Positions 28,070 to 37,740 of a DNA stretch of 64,000 bases are shown here, piece after piece. The first letter of the stretch is position 1, and each line of letters starts with the position of its first letter. Where the stretch lies: positions 1,632,001 to 1,696,000 of the forward strand of contig OZ271918.1 in the NCBI GenBank assembly GCA_965602015.1. Direction: 5' to 3'. The notes under the pieces were generated by a model. That model saw only the letters and a program-made list of their open reading frames with translations, had not been told where the DNA came from and searched no databases. The position numbers were made by a program, and so were the translations under genes. This DNA is from Salinispira sp. GTDB lineage: Bacteria; Spirochaetota; Spirochaetia; DSM-27196; Salinispiraceae.

Positions 28070-31000
28070 CTATACCAGTTCGAGCACCGCCCCGGCGTAC
28101 GTGAACCCTCCGCCGAACGCCGTGAGTCCAAGGGTCTTTGCTGAAGATGAAGGATCATCGAGTATGCGCTCCAGACAGAGGGGGATGGTCGATGATGACG
28201 TGTTACCGTACACGGCAATCATGGAGTACACTTTTTTCTTGTCGACCTTCATACGCTGACGAACGGCGTTTATTATCCGCTGGTTGGCCTGGTGAGGTAC
28301 AATGAGATCCAGGTCATCGCTTTGGTACCCCGACTGCTCCGCCGCCAGCTCAAGCGACTTTATCATTGCCCGCACCGCCTTTTGGTATACCGCCGGCCCG
28401 TCCATGGTCACCACATCATCGGCATTTCCCTCCACTGCGGGAACGGTCAACGCCCGGTTTCGATCCGCCGCCGCAAGGGTGACCGGCCGGCGGATTATCA
28501 TTTTGGGAACCACATCACCCCCTTCGACGCAAATCAGACTTGCGGTAGCGGCGTCGCCGAATACCGGCGCGGTATCCGGGTCTGAGGTGTCGATTCTGCG
28601 GGAAAGCAATTCAGCGCTGATAATAAGCAGGGGCCGGTTCGCACTATCAGCCTGCATAAAATCATGAGCCTGCTGAAGGGCATAGATGTAGCCCGAGCAG
28701 GCAGCGGAAATATCGACGGCAGGAATTTCAAGCTCTTCATCGCCGGCCAGAGCGTCCAAAACCCGGCAGGCCAACGAGGGGGTTATTTCATCCGGAGTGC
28801 CGGTTGAACAGATTATGCCGCCGAGCTGTGCCGGTGCAATATGCACGTCGCTCAAGAGCTTTTTTGCGGCCTCAACGGCCATCGAGGTAAGGTTCTGGGA
28901 TTCATCGGCCCAAAAGCGGCTGCTGATTCCCGTGCGCTTGACGATGTCCTCGGGGCTCCAGGTGGGACACATTGTGGAGATTTCCTCATTGCTCACCACC
29001 CGCTTGCCGGTGACGCTGCGGACCCCGGCGATTCCCACCCGTTTAGCCGCAGCTGGGCCCGAGGAAGCCGTGCCGGTTTCTGTTGCGCTGTCGGCTTTTC
29101 CGCTGGAGGACAACCGGCGGAAACGGAACTGAATTTTCGGCGTCCCGGGCTCCTCCCGTGTGGGAGGTTTGGGAACCGCCGATGACTCGGTGAGAATCTT
29201 AATTAGCGGTTTACCGACAGCCACCTCATCGCCCTCCTCGGCGATAAAGGAGTCCACGGTGCCGGACATGGGGCTGGCGATTTCTGTAACGGCCTTGTCG
29301 GCTTCCACGCTGGCAACCAGCTGACCTTCTTCGATGACGTCGCCGGGCTTAACCAGATATTCAATTACCGTCACCATCTCATCGGACGGACTCGAGCCGA
29401 TAGCCTCTATGAGGAAACTGCCCTCCTCCGCTGCAATCGCTTTGTCCCACTCAATGCTGCCTCCCAGCAGATCGACTGCGGTTTCGAGTATGCGCTGATA
29501 TGAGGGCAGAACTTCGAGCTGATTGCCGAAGTTACACGGGACATAGGTATCATCGCGGACGACCCGACGGGCTTCGAATCCATCGGAAATAGCTTCAGAT
29601 AATTCTGCCAGCACCTCGGACGCAAAACCCGCAGATTTATTATCCTCATGGGCGATGATGATTTTGCGGGTTTTTTTCACAGACGAGATAACGCAGTCCT
29701 TATCCCAGGGAGAAAGGCTTCTGAGGTCGATGACCTCCGGCTCGACGCCTAATTCTTCAAGGGCGGCGGCGGTTTTGTACATGAGGGCCATGGTGTTCCC
29801 GTAGCCCAGGAGGGTTAAGTCGGAACCGCCTCGAACGATCCGCGCCTTTCCAATGGGTACAAAGTGATCACCGATATCTTCACTGGTTGCCTGAGCCCGA
29901 TCATTGAGACAATTTTTCGGATAATAAAACATGGTCGGTCTCCCCGATGCGAAACTCGCGTTCAACAGACCGGCGGCATCTCCCGCAGTAGAGGGCATCA
30001 CCACATCGACGCCCGGCGTGTGCACTCCCAAGGCCTCAAGACTGGATGCGTGAAAGGGTCCGAGACCGGGCTTGTACCCTCCGGAGGTAATCATGAGAAT
30101 GACCGGCGCCTGCCAGCCTCCATCGCTGCGCCAGTACATGCTGCCCATTTCGGAAAAAATCTGGTTGTACGCTATGGGGAGAAAGTCGGCGAACTGGATA
30201 AATCCTACCGGCCGGCCTCCGGCCAGCGAACGGCCCACGCTTACTCCCGCAATGGTTGATTCGCTCAAGGGGCTGTTCTGAACCCTGCCGGGATAGGCGG
30301 TGCTCAAACCCTTTGTTATGCCGAACACGTCCCCTTTGGGATCTTCAAGATCTTCGCCGAACAGGCTGACCCGTTCATCCTTGCCGAGCTGTAGCCGAAA
30401 AGCTTCCCGTATGGCTTCCAGCATGGTCACCCCGCCGGCGTTCCCGCGGTATTCTACTCTCGCCAGGTATTCCGGATTCAAAGGCGCCTTGGCATCGTGA
30501 ACCGCTGCGGGCTCGGGGCTTCTGCGGCTCGACTCTGCGGCTGCGCGCACCTGTTCGGCAACGTCTTTCTCCAGGGTTTCAAGCTCGGTTTCCGTCCTGC
30601 CCGATTCGATGAGCCGTTTTCTTGTGTGGGCGATGGGATCGCGGGCTTCCCGGACGTTGAGAATATCCTCTGAACTCCGGTAGACGCTCTGATCATCCGC
30701 ATTGGTGTGATTGGTTAGTCTGTCGACCTGGAAAATAACGATGGCGGGCTTGCGGTCATTCCGCATGGCTTCGACAATTTCGAATAGTTGGCTGTGGGCC
30801 GTTGCCAGGTCGCATCCGTCTATTCTATGTATGGGTATGCCGTAAAAGGAGTCCGCCTCTCCCTCAGGTCTTGAAAAAAATGTCTGGCCCCCGGTTTTGG
30901 TGGATATTGCGTAAACATTGTCTTCGATGAAATACAGAACCGGAAGATTCTCCCGTACAGAATGGGCTATGGATTCAAGGACTTCGCCTTCCTGGGTCAT

Positions 31001-31450
31001 ACCGTCGCCCAATGCGCAGAGCACCACCGGCGCACCGTCCCGGTCTTTTACTTCCGCAGCGATTCCCGCCGACGGAAGGGCATTATTCCCTACCGGACCG
31101 ACAAGACTGAGCACGTTGTGTTCCGGTGAGCTGATATGAGCGCTCATCTGTCGTCCCCGGGAATGCGAAGCATCCTTGCAGAACAAGCTGTGAAAAAACA
31201 TCTCGACGCTGACACCGCGGGCGATCATAAGCGCTTTGTCGCGGTAATGGCAGTGCAGCCAGTCCTGAGGTCCAAGAATATCCGCCAGGACGACAGATCC
31301 CTCATGACCCGCACCGGACACATGGAAAAATGCCTCGCCCCGCTTTGTAAAACCGTCCTCTAACCGGTCGAGTTCCCGGGCTTCAAGCATGTGGCGATAT
31401 AACGATATGAGGCGATCCTCAGTCAGATTACCTGATTTTGTTTGACTCAT
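28070..31450 (-). CDS. Fusion of 2-oxoacid dehydrogenase E1alpha, E1beta, lipoyl domain and FabH (KASIII)
   Basis: E1a: SGAGHE, HYRD, GDG-x-EDN ThDP motif, HTNADD..YR. E1b: GDVF..T.GL, SPLSE, QFADF, GPFH, EVIDLRSL.PWD. Lipoyl: VEADKA. FabH: RTGI, AACSGY, FGDAA, HQAN, GNTSS, FGGG. Confidence 0.93.
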   Translation of the reverse strand: MSQTKSGNLTEDRLISLYRHMLEARELDRLEDGFTKRGEAFFHVSGAGHEGSVVLADILGPQDWLHCHYRDKALMIARGVSVEMFFHSLFCKDASHSRGRQMSAHISSPEHNVLSLVGPVGNNALPSAGIAAEVKDRDGAPVVLCALGDGMTQEGEVLESIAHSVRENLPVLYFIEDNVYAISTKTGGQTFFSRPEGEADSFYGIPIHRIDGCDLATAHSQLFEIVEAMRNDRKPAIVIFQVDRLTNHTNADDQSVYRSSEDILNVREARDPIAHTRKRLIESGRTETELETLEKDVAEQVRAAAESSRRSPEPAAVHDAKAPLNPEYLARVEYRGNAGGVTMLEAIREAFRLQLGKDERVSLFGEDLEDPKGDVFGITKGLSTAYPGRVQNSPLSESTIAGVSVGRSLAGGRPVGFIQFADFLPIAYNQIFSEMGSMYWRSDGGWQAPVILMITSGGYKPGLGPFHASSLEALGVHTPGVDVVMPSTAGDAAGLLNASFASGRPTMFYYPKNCLNDRAQATSEDIGDHFVPIGKARIVRGGSDLTLLGYGNTMALMYKTAAALEELGVEPEVIDLRSLSPWDKDCVISSVKKTRKIIIAHEDNKSAGFASEVLAELSEAISDGFEARRVVRDDTYVPCNFGNQLEVLPSYQRILETAVDLLGGSIEWDKAIAAEEGSFLIEAIGSSPSDEMVTVIEYLVKPGDVIEEGQLVASVEADKAVTEIASPMSGTVDSFIAEEGDEVAVGKPLIKILTESSAVPKPPTREEPGTPKIQFRFRRLSSSGKADSATETGTASSGPAAAKRVGIAGVRSVTGKRVVSNEEISTMCPTWSPEDIVKRTGISSRFWADESQNLTSMAVEAAKKLLSDVHIAPAQLGGIICSTGTPDEITPSLACRVLDALAGDEELEIPAVDISAACSGYIYALQQAHDFMQADSANRPLLIISAELLSRRIDTSDPDTAPVFGDAATASLICVEGGDVVPKMIIRRPVTLAAADRNRALTVPAVEGNADDVVTMDGPAVYQKAVRAMIKSLELAAEQSGYQSDDLDLIVPHQANQRIINAVRQRMKVDKKKVYSMIAVYGNTSSSTIPLCLERILDDPSSSAKTLGLTAFGGGFTYAGAVLELV

Positions 31451-31599
31451 CGGTGCTCCTCCAGTGCTATCCGGCTCGGCGCCGGTCCTGGCCAGTATAT
31501 ATGATTGATATAGATAACTTCTACCGATATAACCGAATCTAATTCAGGTAAATAAAAAAATAACTTGATTTGCGACGGAGAATATCGAAGTATTTGGGT

Positions 31600-32310
31600 A
31601 TGACACTAACTTGTCCAAAATGCGGCCGGAGCATAGCCGGCGAAGATATTTCGGTAAAGGACGGTTTCGCCCAATGCGGCACCTGCAGATCGGTATTTAA
31701 TCTTTCCGAACTGGCAGCTCAGCGCGGTAATCGGCAAAGCGAACCAATGCCGTTCGCCCGCAAGTCGGAAGTGGGTATGCCAAAAAACTTCGAGAAGAAA
31801 ACGGATTTTGACGGGCTTACCATTGTGCGGAAATGGCGCGACCTGACGGCATTTATCCTTATTCCATTTTCCATATTTTGGAACGGTTTTTTGGCTGTCT
31901 GGATCAGCATTGCCATCTCCACCGGCGAATATATCATGATTGCCTTCGCATCCATACATATCGCCGCCGGAGTCTTTCTTGTATACAGCGGAATTGCGAA
32001 AATGATCAATCGAACCACGGTAAAGGTTAGCACTGGGGAACTCACGATTACACACGGTCCCGTCCCCTGGCCGTCACCGAAGCCCATTAGTCATCATCAG
32101 GTCCGTCAGGTGTACGGGAAGGAGCGGGTCAGCCGATCGAGCCGAGGCGGCACCAGTGTTCGCTACGAACTTCGTACCCTGACGACAGACGGGCGTGATA
32201 TCAAGTTGCTCAGCGGCTTGAATGACCGAGCGCAAGTTTTATTCCTGGAGCAGGAGATTGAACGCTACTGGAATATCAGCGATGAACGGGTCGGCGGCGA
32301 AATGGTTTGA
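31600..32310 (+). CDS. Zinc-ribbon membrane protein
   Basis: CPKC...CGTC N-terminus, two TM helices, PH-like C-terminus; start at ATG 31600. Confidence 0.7.
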   Translation: MTLTCPKCGRSIAGEDISVKDGFAQCGTCRSVFNLSELAAQRGNRQSEPMPFARKSEVGMPKNFEKKTDFDGLTIVRKWRDLTAFILIPFSIFWNGFLAVWISIAISTGEYIMIAFASIHIAAGVFLVYSGIAKMINRTTVKVSTGELTITHGPVPWPSPKPISHHQVRQVYGKERVSRSSRGGTSVRYELRTLTTDGRDIKLLSGLNDRAQVLFLEQEIERYWNISDERVGGEMV

Positions 32311-32415
32311 GCGAATACTGCGGGGACTCATCCACAGGCTCACGGCCAATTACGAAGCACGACGTGGGTCTGCGCGCCAACGTCAGAGACTTCCCCAAAG
32401 CTCGCGGCCGAATAT

Positions 32416-33894
32416 TCACGCTTCCGTCCTTTCATCGGCTAACTCGAGCGCGGGTAGCTGATCAATGGGAATCCACAACAGCCGGCGTTCATCGTCCAAA
32501 AGTCCCGCAGCCTGGCTGCGCGTTGCAACCAAGCGCCCGATTATGGAACCTGCCGGGAAGACAATTTCCTCGCCCCAACCTTGTTCGAGAACGGGTTTTG
32601 CCTCCGCGGGAATGCGCTCACCATCGTAGCCAATGATGCTGGGACTTGAAAGGGTGGGATTACTTCCCGGCAGCCGCCGAAAAAGCGTGGTTACCTGAGA
32701 GCTTCGCAACTGTGACCCGAACTCAAATCCGGCGACTTCATTTGCCGCCGGTGGTACATCTGATACCGGCACCGGGATAAAGAAATACCAGGGGTCGAGG
32801 GGACGGCGCCAACTGCGGTCGTAGATTCCAATGTGGAGGTGGGGCGGGCCGCCTAAGGCATTACCGCTGTCCTCTACGGTGCCAAGCACCACCCGGTCAT
32901 CGATGCGCTGGCCTTCGCGCAGCTCGCCATAGCTTTCCATATGGGCGTAATAGATCATAAGACCCCGCCATTCATCGCTGAGGCTGACGGTCCTTCCGCC
33001 CCGTTCCCTCTCCCCAACCCGTCGGACGAGGGATGGAGAGACTGACAGAATGTCGGTTCCCCGGGGAGCAATGATGTCTATTCCATGGTGCACCCGACGG
33101 CCCCCGTCGCGGTCCGCACCAAAAACGCTGATCACATCTTCGGGGCCGCTGTCCCTGACGGGCCAGCTCAGGCTGGCGTCTGCGGATACCCGGATGACGA
33201 AGCGCCCTCCCTCCAAAAGCCGCGGCTGAATTCTCAAAAGATAAAAACGTTGTTGACGGGGTTCAAAGCTCATCACCCCGCTGCCCTGCAGCGCCCTGGC
33301 GCTCCCGACGGATTGTGGGGATACATCTGGAATACCGGCCCCCGAGGACTGACCATCGCCGCCGGCAGTTCCCATGTCTTCAAGCCGCGACATGGTTTTT
33401 GCCGAGGCCACGGTGGTAAAGCGCAGCTGCCGCCATTCTCCATCCTGGGAATCCCGGGGATCCCAATCACCTTCAATGGCGAGGACGTCGGCAAAGTAAC
33501 CCGCGGTGGACTGGCTTTCGATTTCAATGGAGATTTCCTGCCCCCTGATGCCCTCAATAAGATACCAGGCTGCATCGGGCTGCTCGGCGGAAAAAACCCG
33601 AATCTCTTCAAACGGGGTCAGTGACAGGGAACGGGGATTCTCCCGGGGGTTTCCCGCAGACTCCCAAAGCCTCCCCATGCTGGATTCCAGCAGCCCCAAT
33701 TGTTCGAGAGCGTAGAGATACTCATCATGAGAGTTGTTGGGGAAAAACTCTTCGGGCACCCGTTCGGGGGAGCCGCAGGAAGTTACGCCAATTGCCAAAA
33801 GGGCAAGAGCCGCAACCCTGAGGGCACCGGTTCCAGGACCTTTCCCATCTTTATCGTTATATCTAAAAAAGGTATGCGTGGTTGATTTTTTCAT
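32416..33894 (-). CDS. M23 peptidase lipoprotein
   Basis: Lipobox VTSC; HHGID, YYAH, PHLHIG; start uncertain (33894 or 33942). Confidence 0.85.
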   Translation of the reverse strand: MKKSTTHTFFRYNDKDGKGPGTGALRVAALALLAIGVTSCGSPERVPEEFFPNNSHDEYLYALEQLGLLESSMGRLWESAGNPRENPRSLSLTPFEEIRVFSAEQPDAAWYLIEGIRGQEISIEIESQSTAGYFADVLAIEGDWDPRDSQDGEWRQLRFTTVASAKTMSRLEDMGTAGGDGQSSGAGIPDVSPQSVGSARALQGSGVMSFEPRQQRFYLLRIQPRLLEGGRFVIRVSADASLSWPVRDSGPEDVISVFGADRDGGRRVHHGIDIIAPRGTDILSVSPSLVRRVGERERGGRTVSLSDEWRGLMIYYAHMESYGELREGQRIDDRVVLGTVEDSGNALGGPPHLHIGIYDRSWRRPLDPWYFFIPVPVSDVPPAANEVAGFEFGSQLRSSQVTTLFRRLPGSNPTLSSPSIIGYDGERIPAEAKPVLEQGWGEEIVFPAGSIIGRLVATRSQAAGLLDDERRLLWIPIDQLPALELADERTEA

Positions 33895-33978
33895 TGAGAT
33901 AAAAATATCAATCTGTAATTCCGGCGGCAAGTTTTCTGTCATCGACCCAGCCTAAAGCGAGGACAGTCTTAGTCCGGA

Positions 33979-34404
33979 TCAGTCCGGATCCGCCGATCCC
34001 CGAAGCCGCTTAATATGGCCCCTGCGCTTCTTTTGTGTTAGCCGGCGTTCCACCGCTGACCGTCCGGGTTTGGTGGATATCCGACGGGCGGGCCGATATA
34101 GTGCACGGGCGACGAATTCCCGAAGTCGATTCTCCGCCTCACGACGATTGGCTCTTTGGCTGCGGTGACCGTGGGATTTTATAACTAGAACTCCCCGGTT
34201 GTTTATGCGCTGATCGCCGCATTCAAGCAGACGACTGCGGATCTCCGGCGGCAAACTGGAAGATGGGATGTCGAAGCGAAGACATATGGCGGTCGAAACC
34301 TTGTTAACGTTTTGACCGCCCTTGCCCGGCGAACGGATAGCCGTATACTCCAGCTCATCCTCACCAATTTCCAGGTCACGGTAAATATGTATCACCATGT
34401 TCAT
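33979..34404 (-). CDS. arfB: Alternative ribosome rescue peptidyl-tRNA hydrolase ArfB
   Basis: RSPGKGGQNVNKVST, RSQRANR, basic C-terminal tail. Confidence 0.93.
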   Translation of the reverse strand: MNMVIHIYRDLEIGEDELEYTAIRSPGKGGQNVNKVSTAICLRFDIPSSSLPPEIRSRLLECGDQRINNRGVLVIKSHGHRSQRANRREAENRLREFVARALYRPARRISTKPGRSAVERRLTQKKRRGHIKRLRGSADPD

Positions 34405-34419
34405 ACCAGACTACGCGGA

Positions 34420-37011
34420 TTAGTCCTCCTCGGACAACAATAGAAAGCCCTGCACAGCCTGTCCGGTTGTCCTCACTTCTCCAAAGTACGAACCGTCTTG
34501 GCCGTAAATCACGATGACATTTCCCTGCAGAGTATCGAGATACAGCTCTTCATCTTCACCCAGACGGTAAACCGGTACGGGATTTCCCGTGGCATTTATA
34601 AAAAACAGTTCAGCGCTTTGTCCGGAATCATTATAAAAATACAGCCTAACCTCCCGGTTGTTTTCCTGAGAAAAGAAATTCCGGGGGTACTGAGCGAAAA
34701 TCTGGGTGGAATAACCTTCAAATCTGGTTCGGGGACCGCGGAGTTGTCGGGGCTCGTCGGCATCATCGAACAGTTCTGTCAGGCGAATATCCGGGCGGGA
34801 AATAAAATCATCAGTGTCGAGGTCGTCGTTGTCATCCTCGTCGTCGGCTCTGTCGTCGTCATCACCGTCGTCACCGTCCCGGTTGTCATCCTCGGCCTCA
34901 TCGTCGTCATCATCGCCGTCGTCGTCGTCATCGTCCCGGTTATCATCATCGGCGTCACCTCCGACCGGTGCCGCCCGACCGGGATTGGTTCCCGATGAAT
35001 CGTCGGTACCGGCCCTCCCGCCCCGGGCATCAGAATCCGGATCAACTGCAGAGCTTCCCGGCCCGTTTCCCGGCTGAGCAGGACTCAGGGGCCGAGGCCT
35101 GGTTTCTCCGGGCGCCTGCACCCCATCATCGCCGGCGGCCCTGCCCATAGGGGGACGAAGAACCACAACAGCAGGTTTATCCGCCCGATCCTCGCCTGCC
35201 TCGTCCTGAGTGCCTTCGGTACCCGCTATGGGCCGTTCTTCAGAAGAAGATTCCCCGCCTTTGGTGGGCTGATCCTCATTCGCGGCATCACCGGAATCCT
35301 GGGTCGAATCGCCGGGGTTCTGTATTTCAGCTTCGGCTGGCACGACGGCCCCGGCAAGGATCAGGATTTCCCTCACTTGAGCACTTCGCGGGTTTGAGCC
35401 CGCCAGCTGATACGGCGTGCGTCCTTGACGGTTTGGCAGGTTGGGGTCGGCTCCCGCGATTAACAGGGCGCGCACTGATTCAGGATCTCCGCTGATAACC
35501 GCAAAATGGATTACCGAGTTACCCTGGCGGTCCGCCGCAAATACATTCGCCCCATTTTGGAGCAGGATTCGAACTATTTCATTGGACTGCCGTTCTACGG
35601 CATACATCAAGGCTGTCTTCCCAACATCATCACCGATATCTATACGGGGCTGATAATCGAGCACCACATTGACCATGTTCACCCGTTGGCCGATTACTGC
35701 CCGGATCAGCGGACTGGCCCCCTCGTCATCCTGGTAATCGACATCAAATCCGCTGCCGAAGATGATGTCGGCGACTTCCTCATTTCCCCTGAACAGGCTT
35801 CGCGCGAGAATCGGAGCGAGCATCTCTTCCGATGTGCTCAGCGCAGCGCCCTGATCCCGCATGATCCGAGCCTGCGCCGTTAGCCCTGCGGCCTGATCTG
35901 CCGATTGACCCAGGGCAAGGGTAAACGGAGTCATTCCCATGTCGTCAAAACGATTTACTTGTGCACCGCCTTCCAGCAGCAGGGAAAACACGGCGGTAGA
36001 GGGTTGGATTGCGGCGATAAAAATCGGAGTCTGGCGATTGCCATCGGGAATATTTGGATTGGCCCCTGATTGAAGAAGAACCTCAGTTATGCCAGGATCA
36101 TCCCGGCGAACAGCTATGTGCAGCAAACTCCCCTCATTGCCGAGCTGAGGTTCCAGCGCTGCCCCATATTCAATAAGGATTTCCACCCGTTGGCTGTCGA
36201 GCCTTTCCACCGCCTCGACAATCGGCAGCCTGCCGCCACGACCGGGTTCATTTGGATCGGCACCGTTGACCAAAAGAGTCTCCAGTGTTCGTCGCCCATC
36301 CTGAGGCGAAACATCGGGATTCAAACTAAGAAAGAGGGCGCGGTTTCCCTGATTGTCCTCAATACCAATAATTTCAGGACCATCATTATCAATATACAGT
36401 TCCACCAGTTCATAGGCCCCTGCACGGGCGGCGATGTGGAGGGCGCTGTAGCCATTGGTGGTTTCCCGGGCCGACGGGTCGCTCCCGACCAGCATCAACC
36501 TCGCGGCGATGCTGCTCTGGCTGTTGGAAGTCAAGAGATGAAGCAGCGTGCGTCCCCGGCCATCCCGGTGACGGGGGTTTACCCCTGAAGAGAGGAGAAA
36601 CTGCAGCACTTCGAAACGACCGCTTCCCACCGCATAAAAAAGTGAGTTTCGAGAAGCGTTATCGAGGAGATTCACATCGGCCCCTCTGGCGGCCAGGGCT
36701 TCTACCATGTCGAGACGGCCCTTCCCCGCCGCCAAAAGAAGAGGGCTGGCCCCTTGACGGTCCCGCGGATCGGGCTGGGCTCCGCTGTCGAGAAGAAAGA
36801 GGAGGCTTTGAAGCTGATCAAACTCAACCGCAATATGAAGCAGAGCCTGACCGTTGTTTTGGACTGCATTTGGATCACCGCCGTCCCGGATGTACTCCTG
36901 GAGATCCTCGAGGTTTCCCTGTCTCACAGCCCTGACCTCTGCGCTGGCACAGGATGTAATAAACAAGGCGATGAGCGCTACTATTGAAATCGAAAATAAT
37001 CCCTTCTTCAT
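34420..37011 (-). CDS. Ankyrin-repeat lipoprotein with an acidic linker and a VHL-beta-like C-terminal domain
   Basis: Lipobox ITSC; over ten G.TPL/ALH.A...GA.PN ankyrin repeats; Asp-rich tract. Confidence 0.88.
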   Translation of the reverse strand: MKKGLFSISIVALIALFITSCASAEVRAVRQGNLEDLQEYIRDGGDPNAVQNNGQALLHIAVEFDQLQSLLFLLDSGAQPDPRDRQGASPLLLAAGKGRLDMVEALAARGADVNLLDNASRNSLFYAVGSGRFEVLQFLLSSGVNPRHRDGRGRTLLHLLTSNSQSSIAARLMLVGSDPSARETTNGYSALHIAARAGAYELVELYIDNDGPEIIGIEDNQGNRALFLSLNPDVSPQDGRRTLETLLVNGADPNEPGRGGRLPIVEAVERLDSQRVEILIEYGAALEPQLGNEGSLLHIAVRRDDPGITEVLLQSGANPNIPDGNRQTPIFIAAIQPSTAVFSLLLEGGAQVNRFDDMGMTPFTLALGQSADQAAGLTAQARIMRDQGAALSTSEEMLAPILARSLFRGNEEVADIIFGSGFDVDYQDDEGASPLIRAVIGQRVNMVNVVLDYQPRIDIGDDVGKTALMYAVERQSNEIVRILLQNGANVFAADRQGNSVIHFAVISGDPESVRALLIAGADPNLPNRQGRTPYQLAGSNPRSAQVREILILAGAVVPAEAEIQNPGDSTQDSGDAANEDQPTKGGESSSEERPIAGTEGTQDEAGEDRADKPAVVVLRPPMGRAAGDDGVQAPGETRPRPLSPAQPGNGPGSSAVDPDSDARGGRAGTDDSSGTNPGRAAPVGGDADDDNRDDDDDDGDDDDDEAEDDNRDGDDGDDDDRADDEDDNDDLDTDDFISRPDIRLTELFDDADEPRQLRGPRTRFEGYSTQIFAQYPRNFFSQENNREVRLYFYNDSGQSAELFFINATGNPVPVYRLGEDEELYLDTLQGNVIVIYGQDGSYFGEVRTTGQAVQGFLLLSEED
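34800..34955 (-). repeat. Low-complexity (GAC/GAT)n poly-Asp tract
   Basis: Imperfect gtc/atc trinucleotide runs encoding DADDDNRDDDDDDGDDDDDEAEDDNRDGDDGDDDDRADDEDDNDDLDTDD. Confidence 0.85.
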
Positions 37012-37204
37012 ACCTGAACTCCTATCCTTATCAGTTTAATGGATTTTCCGGAGACCGACATCAATGGATACATCTCATCCCGAAGGGCGTTACACTGTGC
37101 CGGGGTTTTTTCTATCCCCTGGCGTCCAATCTGTAACCGGCGAGTGCACGAGTCAATCAATACAAGCGGCGGGGGACATCATTTGTGATTTTTGTTAGCG
37201 GGAT

Positions 37205-37675
37205 TTATTTCCTTGAAACGCTGCGGGGCTTTAGATGACTTCTGAGATCACTGACAAGATCTTCAGGCTTTTGACCGTATAACTCCGGCAGGAATGCATC
37301 CGGGATGCGTTCCCCAGGATTGGACTCCCGGGTGTGCGAAGCAGAAGCTGTGCTATCGGAATAGAACCAGCCGATGCGCTGTGTCCTTCCGTCCCGCATG
37401 GTTACGGAGGTAAAGCGCGATACCTTACTCCATGGGACTTCGTAGGTCTTGAAATACACCCGGTAACGAAAAGCGTTCTCGTCAATCTCAAGAAAAGCGC
37501 TGCCGGGTATGAGCTGGATAACAAACATAACCCCTCCAAGCGAGCCGGATATAATTCCAAGCCAGCCCAGAACGGGCTGCTCTGCCCGTATGGTGATTCC
37601 CGCCGAAATGAAGCCAATCATTGCGAGAAACAGCAGCGCGCTGCGGGTTTTTGACGGATGGTATTGTGCTTTCAC
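37205..37675 (-). CDS. Membrane protein with a PH-like domain
   Basis: Two N-terminal TM helices, LEIDENAF.Y...VPWS.V..F pattern. Confidence 0.65.
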   Translation of the reverse strand: MKAQYHPSKTRSALLFLAMIGFISAGITIRAEQPVLGWLGIISGSLGGVMFVIQLIPGSAFLEIDENAFRYRVYFKTYEVPWSKVSRFTSVTMRDGRTQRIGWFYSDSTASASHTRESNPGERIPDAFLPELYGQKPEDLVSDLRSHLKPRSVSRK

Positions 37676-37740
37676 CTTCTGAATCCTCTCTATCGATTGA
37701 TGGGAGTGACAGCCTGGCTAATCCATTTCCTGCACTGTTG

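Noticed and set aside
34800..34955. Repetitive gtc/atc tract as a CRISPR array or non-coding tandem repeat
   Set aside because: It is an in-frame poly-Asp coding region with no repeat-spacer periodicity, and no cas genes are present.
37012..37204. Riboswitch upstream of the ankyrin gene (GTTACA/TGTAAC enclosing a GC hairpin)
   Set aside because: No recognisable riboswitch consensus or expression platform; the stems are short enough to be chance.
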